Assembly (NCBI GenBank): GCA_029939715.1 | Contig: JAOZSJ010000001.1 | Location: forward strand, 1,614 to 65,613 | Source of the DNA: Desulfobacterales bacterium | GTDB taxonomy: Bacteria > Desulfobacterota > Desulfobacteria > Desulfobacterales > 4572-123 | Reading direction: 5' to 3' | Length of the DNA stretch: 64,000 nucleotides | Shown here: positions 30,494 to 37,942 of the stretch, in pieces | Layout: every line of letters starts with the position of its first letter | Numbering within the stretch: the stretch's first letter is position 1 | Made by a program: the position numbers and the translations under genes | Notes under the pieces: model-generated | Databases searched by the model: none | The model's input: only the letters and a program-made list of their open reading frames with translations | What the model was told of the DNA's origin: nothing

Positions 30494-30526
30494 TAAAAAA
30501 AGGACTGCCCCGAGCAGTCCTTTTTT
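30494..30526 (-). terminator. strong bidirectional rho-independent terminator
   Basis: AGGACTGC (30501-30508) / GCAGTCCT (30514-30521) is a perfect 8-bp stem with a 5-nt loop. It is flanked by a 7-A run upstream and a 6-T run downstream, 20 nt after the stop of the 30547-31791 gene. Confidence 0.75.
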
Positions 30527-30546
30527 ATTTGGCCTATCAACTTACA

Positions 30547-31791
30547 TTAAAATAACAGATTAGCATTCAGGCTGAAAATATTATTGTCGTACTCGTATTC
30601 ATCATCGTATACAGCATTACTGGTATTTCTGCTCTTGTACTCGTATTGGGCGCCAAACCGCAGCCATTCGCTTATTTTATAGGTTGTACCGATCCACCCT
30701 TTGTACATGTTATGGTATTTTTCCGGATAACCGGGATTTTCGTCCTCATAATCGGTGTTAACCCATTCAACACCAATGTGTAGTTTCAACCGATCCACTA
30801 TCGTCTGAGTCAGCTTTAACCCAACACTGGTATCCACAAAAGATGCGGAAGCTTCATCAGGTGCTCCCTTGATCGAACGCTGCAGATGAAAACCTACAAC
30901 TGATTTCGGAGTGACTTTCAGGCTCAAGGTTGTCTCGGAAATAAATTGGGTGGAATCTTCATATTTGTTGCCGTATTGGTCTTGATCGTTGTCATAAGAC
31001 TTTGTTCCATAGCCGATTTTGACCGTACCACTCAATTTTCCCCACGTATCGAATCTGGCTCCTATAAAATAATCGGCCAGGGCGTAATCTTGTGAATTGC
31101 CCGAATTCCAGTCGTCCAGGCCGTCATTCTGCCGGTCATATTCGGCATCGGTCATGCGAAACTGCCCGAAAATGGTGGTCTTACCGGTCAGTTTATAAAA
31201 AAACCCAACACTGTAGGCGTTATCAATCCTGTCCTGATGTTTGTCTATATCATTCTCATAGCGCTGCATATAATTTTGGTAACCGATTTCCACTGCATAT
31301 CGATCGGCAAACTCATACCCTATAATCATGGAGGCATCGTTGTTCCATCGATCCACCATATCTCCTTCTCCATAGGTATTGGCCGAACCATAGGGGTCCT
31401 CTGTTTTCAAATACTGGTCCTTGACCTCAAGATAGAGCCCCATTGCTGTTCTAAAATTAAGGGCGAAGTCGGGTTTGTGAGTAATGTAGTTATTGTCGCT
31501 ATTGTCCATATAAGAAACAAAATCACCATGGTATCCCAACCTGACGAAATTATCCATATGGGTTGATTGCAGCCTCACGTTGCATCCAAAGGACAATGTA
31601 TTGATGTAATCATCAACGGTATTGGATTTTTCCCTGTAAATATTGTCGTTGTACTCGCCCTGATAACCGACCCCCGGTTCAACCTGCAGCCATCCGAGTC
31701 GAAACGGTTCTTTAGCCAAGGCCGGCAATGCCGTCAGGCAAAACACAAATAATAAAAAAAGTATCCACTTCCGTTTTTTTATTAACTCCAT
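30547..31791 (-). CDS. outer-membrane beta-barrel protein (polysaccharide-locus associated)
   Basis: 414 aa. Signal peptide LTALPALA-KE, alternating Tyr/Gly/Asp-rich amphipathic strands throughout, and a C-terminal aromatic residue (...NANLLF) typical of OMPs. Confidence 0.6.
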   Translation of the reverse strand: MELIKKRKWILFLLFVFCLTALPALAKEPFRLGWLQVEPGVGYQGEYNDNIYREKSNTVDDYINTLSFGCNVRLQSTHMDNFVRLGYHGDFVSYMDNSDNNYITHKPDFALNFRTAMGLYLEVKDQYLKTEDPYGSANTYGEGDMVDRWNNDASMIIGYEFADRYAVEIGYQNYMQRYENDIDKHQDRIDNAYSVGFFYKLTGKTTIFGQFRMTDAEYDRQNDGLDDWNSGNSQDYALADYFIGARFDTWGKLSGTVKIGYGTKSYDNDQDQYGNKYEDSTQFISETTLSLKVTPKSVVGFHLQRSIKGAPDEASASFVDTSVGLKLTQTIVDRLKLHIGVEWVNTDYEDENPGYPEKYHNMYKGWIGTTYKISEWLRFGAQYEYKSRNTSNAVYDDEYEYDNNIFSLNANLLF

Positions 31792-32043
31792 TTTGATCCT
31801 CTTTTTTATAATTTATAAAAAATATTGATGGATTTGTGAAAGGTTCCGAAACCGCTTTTGCCCTATCCTATCGGGACATACGGAGCGAGGGCAAATAACG
31901 GTAATGGAAGTTAAATCAAATTAAAAAACCATCGATACAGGAATGACTATGTAAATATATATATTATTTATTGTCAATATATTTTTCCATCGTCATTTCA
32001 GCGCTTGATCTGAAAAAAAAGGATGCCCGGTTTTATTACACGC

Positions 32044-34056
32044 TTATCCTCTTTTCAAAGTAACCCACCTGAGCATTCTGCTCTGCAGGGCATCATCTTC
32101 CGGTATGATTCCCATCACCACGGCATCCTGCGGGAAATATTGCCACACTACAGCCGCTGCCGCCTGCCAATTCTCAGGAGTAATCGCCAATGAGCGTTTA
32201 AACAGCTTCTGAAATTTCTCGATGCCTTTTCCGTGTGAGCCGTCATCTGCCAGGGTACCGGACCGCCACACCCAGTATCCGGCCACATCAAACAACATGC
32301 CGGCATCGCAGGGCAGCCGTTTCAGGCCCTGTTCAAAACACTGCTCGGCCAGGGGCAGCCACTTGTTCAGATACTGGTAGGCATCTTCTTTTTGCAGCGC
32401 ATAGCATTTCCCAAGAAAATACCAGTTTTTCCCCCATCCCGGATTGTCCCGCAATGTTTTTTCCAGATCAAACATCGCATTTTTGTCAGACTCCGAATTA
32501 CATACCTGTCTTTCTTTCAACCGGTATTCGTTTTTGCACTGCAACTCTTTATGATCTGAAACGACCAGATTGATCATCAACATCCACCCTGTTACAGCGG
32601 ATAACAACAGTAGAGCCCGCCTCCACCGGGTAAGCTTCAGTGATCCGGTTTTCCAGAAAAATTTTTCACTGAATCCATAACCCTGTCGAAACAGTGCACA
32701 ATATCCAAGGGCCGGTATTGCGGTCACAAGAAAGCAATTATACCCGGCCCACATACCCGGCCCAAAAAAGGCATACACGCCAGTCAGCAGCATACAACCA
32801 ACTGCCACAGCTCCTATCCCCGTGGCAAGGGCATCATTTTTTCGGCGAAACCAGATGCGAAGCAGCCGGTAAAGCAATGTTCCGAAAGCACAAAGTACAA
32901 GAATCGAGCATCCCATTCCGTATTCGACAACCGCTTTTAAAAATGGCCGGCCTATATTGCAGGAGTTATTTTTAGAATCACATCCACCGTAGCCCGGATA
33001 AATATACTTGAAATTACCCGGCCCGATACCGGCAACCGCATAATCCCCTATCATGGAAATCAAAAGGTTACAGCCTGGAGACTGTTTTTTTTCATCAGAT
33101 AAATTTTTCCCAAAAGACCAGGCCGCCAAAACAGCCAGGCCCACCAGCATGGCAATCCACCCGTAACTGCGAAACCCGGATTTAAAAAAAAATAAAACTC
33201 CGACCAGTGTCAAAACCAAAGCAAGGGACAAAAGACCGGGCCGCGATCCGATAAACATGAGGGCCGTGCCGATTGCACCGGCACAAAAAAAGAAAAAAAT
33301 CCGTTGGGGACCGGCCATTTCCGGTGAGAACAGCCCGATAATTTTCTGAATGCCGACCCTCCTGCCTTGAAGGCCGGACATCAATCGCCGGCTCTTTTTC
33401 CTGGCAGCAATCAAGTATCCGAGTACAAGCAGAAGCAAGATTGCCATGTAATCCGCAAAATAGTTCAAACCGGCAAGTTCACGGCCCGCGCTTTTCCATA
33501 TCCAATCCGCCTGACAAACCATACCGACTGCAGCCGGCAAAGCTGCCAGAAGCATAACCATTGCCAAAATTTTGATCTGACGGGCCGACTTTATAGTATG
33601 AATGATCAGAAAGAACATGACCAGACAGGCAGCGGATTTCAGCCACTCGCTTCGCGCCGGATAAAGATATGCGGTTGTTGTCATCCAGCCTTTATCAGGC
33701 AACGGCAGGTCATGAGCCCGGGCCAGAAGGTCGGCCGCCTGAATTTTGTCCGCAAAAATGTGTGGGGATATCAGACGTACTAATTCACCCGGCAGCGGCA
33801 CCATCTGCATTCCGGTGAAAAAAAGAAAAATGATCAGCAGCACGACAGGGGGCAGGGCCACCCATTTAAGTTCAGGTTTTTTTAAAAATATCAACCTGTC
33901 GGTCAGCCAGAGCAGCAACAGACTGAAAATTACCATCTCCGCAGCATAAAATGGCAATGCAGGCAATGCCGTGCCCGATAGAACTGAAAAAACCAGTATC
34001 CCCGTGATCGTGGCACAAATAAGCCGATCCACTGCTGATAATTTTTCGGTCTGCAT
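32044..34056 (-). CDS. O-antigen ligase/Wzy_C-like polytopic membrane protein with C-terminal TPR-like domain (paralog 2)
   Basis: 670 aa with the same architecture as 23814-25928. Shared blocks include YAVAGIGPGNFKYIYPGY (paralog 1 has YPVAGIGFGNFEYVYPGY) and a C-terminal KWLPLAE block (paralog 1 has KWLPAAD). Confidence 0.7.
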   Translation of the reverse strand: MQTEKLSAVDRLICATITGILVFSVLSGTALPALPFYAAEMVIFSLLLLWLTDRLIFLKKPELKWVALPPVVLLIIFLFFTGMQMVPLPGELVRLISPHIFADKIQAADLLARAHDLPLPDKGWMTTTAYLYPARSEWLKSAACLVMFFLIIHTIKSARQIKILAMVMLLAALPAAVGMVCQADWIWKSAGRELAGLNYFADYMAILLLLVLGYLIAARKKSRRLMSGLQGRRVGIQKIIGLFSPEMAGPQRIFFFFCAGAIGTALMFIGSRPGLLSLALVLTLVGVLFFFKSGFRSYGWIAMLVGLAVLAAWSFGKNLSDEKKQSPGCNLLISMIGDYAVAGIGPGNFKYIYPGYGGCDSKNNSCNIGRPFLKAVVEYGMGCSILVLCAFGTLLYRLLRIWFRRKNDALATGIGAVAVGCMLLTGVYAFFGPGMWAGYNCFLVTAIPALGYCALFRQGYGFSEKFFWKTGSLKLTRWRRALLLLSAVTGWMLMINLVVSDHKELQCKNEYRLKERQVCNSESDKNAMFDLEKTLRDNPGWGKNWYFLGKCYALQKEDAYQYLNKWLPLAEQCFEQGLKRLPCDAGMLFDVAGYWVWRSGTLADDGSHGKGIEKFQKLFKRSLAITPENWQAAAAVVWQYFPQDAVVMGIIPEDDALQSRMLRWVTLKRG

Positions 34057-34140
34057 GTTCTTCAGAGGTTCAGGGCCAGAGGTTCAAAAATTTGATTTTC
34101 ATGATATCCGTCAAAAAAAAAGCGCCGGTCTTTAAGGGAA

Positions 34141-34203
34141 GGTTGGTTAGGTTGCTGGTTAAAGGTATGCTGTCTATTGGTGGGCAGAGCCCACCCTACG
34201 ATG
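34141..34203 (-). repeat. REP-like hairpin element, copy A (inverted relative to copy B at 63468-63530)
   Basis: The reverse complement CATCGTAGGGTGGGCTCTGCCCACC..GACAG..ATACCTTTAACC matches 63468-63515 at 24 of the first 25 positions plus downstream blocks. The core is a perfect hairpin, GGTGGGC-AGA-GCCCACC (34179-34195). Confidence 0.7.
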
Positions 34204-34220
34204 GCTTAACCTTCTATCTT

Positions 34221-34270
34221 CAGCTTTTCAGCCTAACAGCCTACAGCCTTCAGCCTACAGCCTAACAGCC
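34221..34270. repeat. imperfect tandem array of a 7-8 nt unit (N)CAGCCT, about 7 copies
   Basis: The sequence reads cagcttt-tcagcct-aacagcct-acagcct-tcagcct-acagcct-aacagcc. It lies immediately 3' of the lipoprotein gene stop (34279-34281, minus strand). Confidence 0.8.
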
Positions 34271-34278
34271 TTTTATAC

Positions 34279-34737
34279 CTACAGCGTCGGTGCCACCCAG
34301 ATTTCCACATAGGTATAAAAGTCTTTTTCCGAAATATTGATCACGCAGTAACGGTTGGCCTTTTCGTACATGATGACCGATCGAGGTGATTTAAAAGAAG
34401 CAATCTCTTTCCAGTTGTCTTTCTGCATATTGCTATTGAAAAAAGTAAGCAGAGAAGAAACTTCGACCCTGCCTTTCAGTGAGATCACACCCGCCGAAAA
34501 ATTAGCCGTACGAAATACAAACGAGGATTTTTTATCCACTTTTAATTCACTGGGAATCAGGACATCTCCGAAATCATAATACAGGGGGACCGGGCCTGCA
34601 TCCTGATCCGCCACCACCGGGGTTTCAGTATTTTTTTCACCTTTTGGCAAATGACTGCAGCCGGTTGCCAAAAATACTATAGTCGCCATGACAACCAACA
34701 CCATCCAACCTTTTTTCAATTTCCCAATTTTACTCAT
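34279..34737 (-). CDS. lipoprotein of unknown function
   Basis: Start at ATG 34737, preceded by AGGAG 7 nt upstream. Signal plus lipobox VFLATGC; 152 aa. The track ORF extends to 34842. Confidence 0.6.
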   Translation of the reverse strand: MSKIGKLKKGWMVLVVMATIVFLATGCSHLPKGEKNTETPVVADQDAGPVPLYYDFGDVLIPSELKVDKKSSFVFRTANFSAGVISLKGRVEVSSLLTFFNSNMQKDNWKEIASFKSPRSVIMYEKANRYCVINISEKDFYTYVEIWVAPTL

Positions 34738-34926
34738 GTTTTTTCTCCTGTCTGGCTTTGCTGAATCATTATAGGAGCTATTCTCCCTCCATAGTTCGTC
34801 AAGATTATGATTTTTATTACACTTTAAGAGCTTAAAAATCAATGCTTATAAATAGAACTTCTTGTCAAAACAATTGAAGCCGTACCCCAGGTCATATTTC
34901 TATAATCGATTGTAAATACCGCAGTC

Positions 34927-35220
34927 TCAATACTTTTTCAGACAGCGTTTCAATTTCTGCAAATCATTATACTTTCGTACAAGATCGAACCATTCCATAA
35001 ACAGGGGCAAAAGATAATCCGATTTTACAGTACAATCTCTTGCTGCCTGGTCTTCGGCTGCCAGCAGCGCATCTTTAATGTCGGTCCGGTGGGGTTCACG
35101 CTCTAACAAATGTCGATAAATTTCAATAGCTTTTTGAAAATACCCCTGCTGAACGTAAATACCCGCCATCGTCTTTGTGCATAAATTCAGATCTTTGCTC
35201 ATTATTCTTCCGTTTTTCAT
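34927..35220 (-). CDS. small TPR-like protein
   Basis: 97 aa. MAGIYVQQGYFQKAIEIYRHLLEREP matches the TPR consensus pattern. It overlaps the ftsB-like stop by 4 nt. Confidence 0.5.
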   Translation of the reverse strand: MKNGRIMSKDLNLCTKTMAGIYVQQGYFQKAIEIYRHLLEREPHRTDIKDALLAAEDQAARDCTVKSDYLLPLFMEWFDLVRKYNDLQKLKRCLKKY

Positions 35221-35540
35221 CTTTCGTTACTCACAGCGCGGCCCCGCGGTTTCAGGATCAGTTCATCCCTGCCTATCATTCCCAGCTCCTGCCGAGCTAT
35301 ATTTTCAATAAATTCAGTGTCATTTTTTAACCGGTCAATTTCCCGGTAAAGGTCGCGATTGGTGTCCCTTACATGCTCATTTTGTTTTATTATCTCATCT
35401 CGCTGTTTCCTGATTTTCCGCAGATCCACAAACCCGTTGTCGTCGAATATGATAACCAGGGAAAAAGCAAACAAAGCAAGGGCGGTCAACATCATAAATT
35501 TTTTTTGTATTTTACTCATTGGAAAAAACACCCTTATCAC
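35217..35540 (-). CDS. ftsB: septum formation initiator (FtsB/DivIC family)
   Basis: 107 aa with an N-terminal TM helix, a coiled coil, then DTEFIENIARQELGMIGRDELILK, typical of FtsB. Confidence 0.75.
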   Translation of the reverse strand: MIRVFFPMSKIQKKFMMLTALALFAFSLVIIFDDNGFVDLRKIRKQRDEIIKQNEHVRDTNRDLYREIDRLKNDTEFIENIARQELGMIGRDELILKPRGRAVSNER

Positions 35541-37092
35541 GCCTGATAATCAGCCTGATTTGCGCAAGTTCAGGGCTTTTTACAAGCCATGAAAGCAGGA
35601 CATAAAGTGCTATACCGCAAATGATGCAGATCCCGGTATCCATAAAAATTTCCGCCGTTCCGGACTTTACGATCGTTATTTCAAAAAATAGCAATCCACA
35701 CCGGATAACGGCTCCCATTATACAGGCACACACCGTTGACCGGGCGAATGACAGGCCCACCCGGCGCCACCTATCTGCTCCGATCCTCTCCCAGAGTGCA
35801 TGGACAAGCAGGCCCAAATTAAGCATCGAGGCCAGGGAAGTTGCCAGGGCCAGTCCGCCATGAGCCAGCGGTCCCATGAGTATGATACCCAGAATCACAT
35901 TGGCAACAACGGAAACAATCCCCATCTTGACAGGTGTACGGGTATCCTGCAGGGCATAAAATGTGGAAACTACGATTCGAACACCGGAAAATGCCCACAA
36001 CCCCAGACAATAATACAAAAGTGCCGATGCCGTCAATCGCGTGTTTTGCAAATCAAAAGCACCCCTTTTAAAAAGCATGGCCACAATCGGTTCCCTTAAA
36101 ACCATCATACCGACCATGGAGGGAATGGTAATAAAAAAAACAAGGTTCATGGAATGAACAAAAGTGTCCCGCAACTCCCGATAATTACCGATCGCAGCCT
36201 GCCTGGAAAGACTCGGCATAACCGCAGTAGCCGTGGCCATGGCAAAAAGCCCAAGGGGAAACTGCACCAGACGATCCGCATAATACAGGCAGGACACGCT
36301 TCCCTCGGGTAAAAACGAAGCCAGAAGTGTTCCTATCAGAATATTAATCTGATAAACAGCCGCTCCAAAAACCGCGGGAAGCATCAGTCGGCCGACCTTT
36401 TTTACTCCGGAATGAAAAAAAACGACTTTTTCCCGAAAATAAAATTCTTCCCGGATTAAAAAAGGAAACTGCAAAATCATTTGCAGGGCTCCGCCGATGA
36501 GCACACCCACGGCAAGGCCGTGAACCGGCACTGCCATATGCGGCGCAATCAGAAAGGCCGATCCGATAATGGCAATATTCAGAAAGACAGGGGCCAGAGC
36601 AGGAGCCGCAAAATGGCCCAGCGCGTTCAAAACCCCCATCATAACAGCCACCAGGCAGATACAGATTATATAGGGAAACATCCAGCGGGTCAAGCTGACC
36701 GTAAGATCGAATTTTTCAGGGGATTCTGAAAATCCGGGGGCAATCAGAAAAATAATTACAGGCGCCAGCAGCATGCCGATAAAACAAACAAACACCAGAA
36801 GCAGTGCAAGCAGATGCAGGGTGGATCTTGCGAATTCAAAAGCTTCCCTTCGTCCTTTCAAGGTAAGATATTCGGTAAATATCGGTATAAAGGCAATACT
36901 CAGTGCCCCTTCGGCAAAGAGCCTTCTGAGCAGGTTGGGTATCCTGAAGGCTACAAAAAAAGCATCCGTACTCATTCCCGCACCAAACAGCCCTGCAATG
37001 ACTGCATCCCGCACAAATCCGAGGATCCTGCTCAGCAGAGTTGCAAGACCGACTGTTCCGGCTGCTTTTGTAACTTTTCTGGTTTCTTCCAT
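35512..37092 (-). CDS. murJ: lipid II flippase MurJ (MviN)
   Basis: 526 aa, about 14 TM helices. N-terminus TLLSRILGFVRDAVIAGLFGAGMSTDAFFVAFRIPNLLRRLFAEGALS is the MurJ signature. Confidence 0.9.
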   Translation of the reverse strand: MEETRKVTKAAGTVGLATLLSRILGFVRDAVIAGLFGAGMSTDAFFVAFRIPNLLRRLFAEGALSIAFIPIFTEYLTLKGRREAFEFARSTLHLLALLLVFVCFIGMLLAPVIIFLIAPGFSESPEKFDLTVSLTRWMFPYIICICLVAVMMGVLNALGHFAAPALAPVFLNIAIIGSAFLIAPHMAVPVHGLAVGVLIGGALQMILQFPFLIREEFYFREKVVFFHSGVKKVGRLMLPAVFGAAVYQINILIGTLLASFLPEGSVSCLYYADRLVQFPLGLFAMATATAVMPSLSRQAAIGNYRELRDTFVHSMNLVFFITIPSMVGMMVLREPIVAMLFKRGAFDLQNTRLTASALLYYCLGLWAFSGVRIVVSTFYALQDTRTPVKMGIVSVVANVILGIILMGPLAHGGLALATSLASMLNLGLLVHALWERIGADRWRRVGLSFARSTVCACIMGAVIRCGLLFFEITIVKSGTAEIFMDTGICIICGIALYVLLSWLVKSPELAQIRLIIRRDKGVFSNE

Positions 37093-37142
37093 CTATATCG
37101 CGGCAGGCTGAAAATTATGAATCTGAACATGAGATATTACAA

Positions 37143-37652
37143 TCACATCATTTCAAAGCGGCTAATATCAGAATCAACCCCAATTTTCTTATTGAAAACA
37201 GTGATCACTTCAGCCTTTCTCAGCACGGTGCCATCCTGTTTATTGATATATCCATTTTTTACGACTTCAAGAATAACTTCATTTTCCAGGTCAGGGTGTT
37301 CCCGGGTTGCAATAATTTTGCAGTATTCCATTGTTGCTTTATTTTCAGGAAATTCCATCAGAACAATAGATGCAGATTTGAAATGACGAAGTAATTTTCT
37401 ATGAATAGTGAAAATATTCTTGCCCAGCATTTTTGCGGTTTTGTCAAGTTTATCTTTTTTGAATCCAAGGTTTTTTTCTATAATTTCAAAAGCATCTACG
37501 ATATCGAGAAGGTTTAAAAAAGAGTCTTTTTCTTTTTTATAAAAAAACTCTTCTTTTTGGGCAAGGGTCAGTCTCAATTCAGCGATCGTTTGTTGAAATT
37601 CAATGAGTTTTTGCTTTAACAGTTCTTTTTCAGAGGCCATGATTTTTTTCAA
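37143..37652 (-). CDS. divergent GrpE-like nucleotide exchange factor
   Basis: 169 aa. N-terminal coiled coil (ELLKQKLIEFQQTIAELRLTLAQKEE), then LNLLDIVDAFEIIEKNL (GrpE has LLPVLDNLERAL). The C-terminal beta domain VILEVVKNGYINKQDGTVLRKAEVITV parallels the GrpE V.Q.GY....LRPA.V.V block. Called by motif resemblance only. Confidence 0.6.
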   Translation of the reverse strand: MKKIMASEKELLKQKLIEFQQTIAELRLTLAQKEEFFYKKEKDSFLNLLDIVDAFEIIEKNLGFKKDKLDKTAKMLGKNIFTIHRKLLRHFKSASIVLMEFPENKATMEYCKIIATREHPDLENEVILEVVKNGYINKQDGTVLRKAEVITVFNKKIGVDSDISRFEMM

Positions 37653-37935
37653 AGATGGTTAAACATTTCAATTGAGGGGGGTCTGATGTTTCCGGATTAT
37701 CGAGAATTTCTGTTTTTTCAGTTATTTCCCGAATCAACTTTGCTTTTGCATCAGCCAGATCAATAAAATGCAAAAATTCTTGGCAAGCCCTGGAAACAGG
37801 ATCAAGAAGCATTTTCTGCGCCTTGGCAAGCTCTTTGACGGAATATTTTTTTTCACGCATACCAAGAGCCACAGCCAGAATTATTTCCCTGTTCGAAGCG
37901 TATCGGTTTATATTCAAAACCTTAAAAGGGTTCAT
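37630..37935 (-). CDS. J-domain-like protein lacking the HPD motif
   Basis: 101 aa. NPFKVLNINRYASNREIILA parallels J-domain helix I/II (YxxLGVxxxASxxEIkkA), and AKAQKMLLDPVSRACQEF parallels helix III (AYEVLSDxxKRxxYD). The position of the HPD tripeptide reads GMREKKYS. It overlaps the GrpE-like gene by 23 nt. Confidence 0.5.
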   Translation of the reverse strand: MNPFKVLNINRYASNREIILAVALGMREKKYSVKELAKAQKMLLDPVSRACQEFLHFIDLADAKAKLIREITEKTEILDNPETSDPPQLKCLTIFEKNHGL

Positions 37936-37942
37936 CTTTTAT

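Noticed and set aside
34221-34270. Possible CRISPR array
   Set aside because: The repeat unit is only 7-8 nt with no spacers and there are no cas genes. It is a microsatellite-like tandem repeat.
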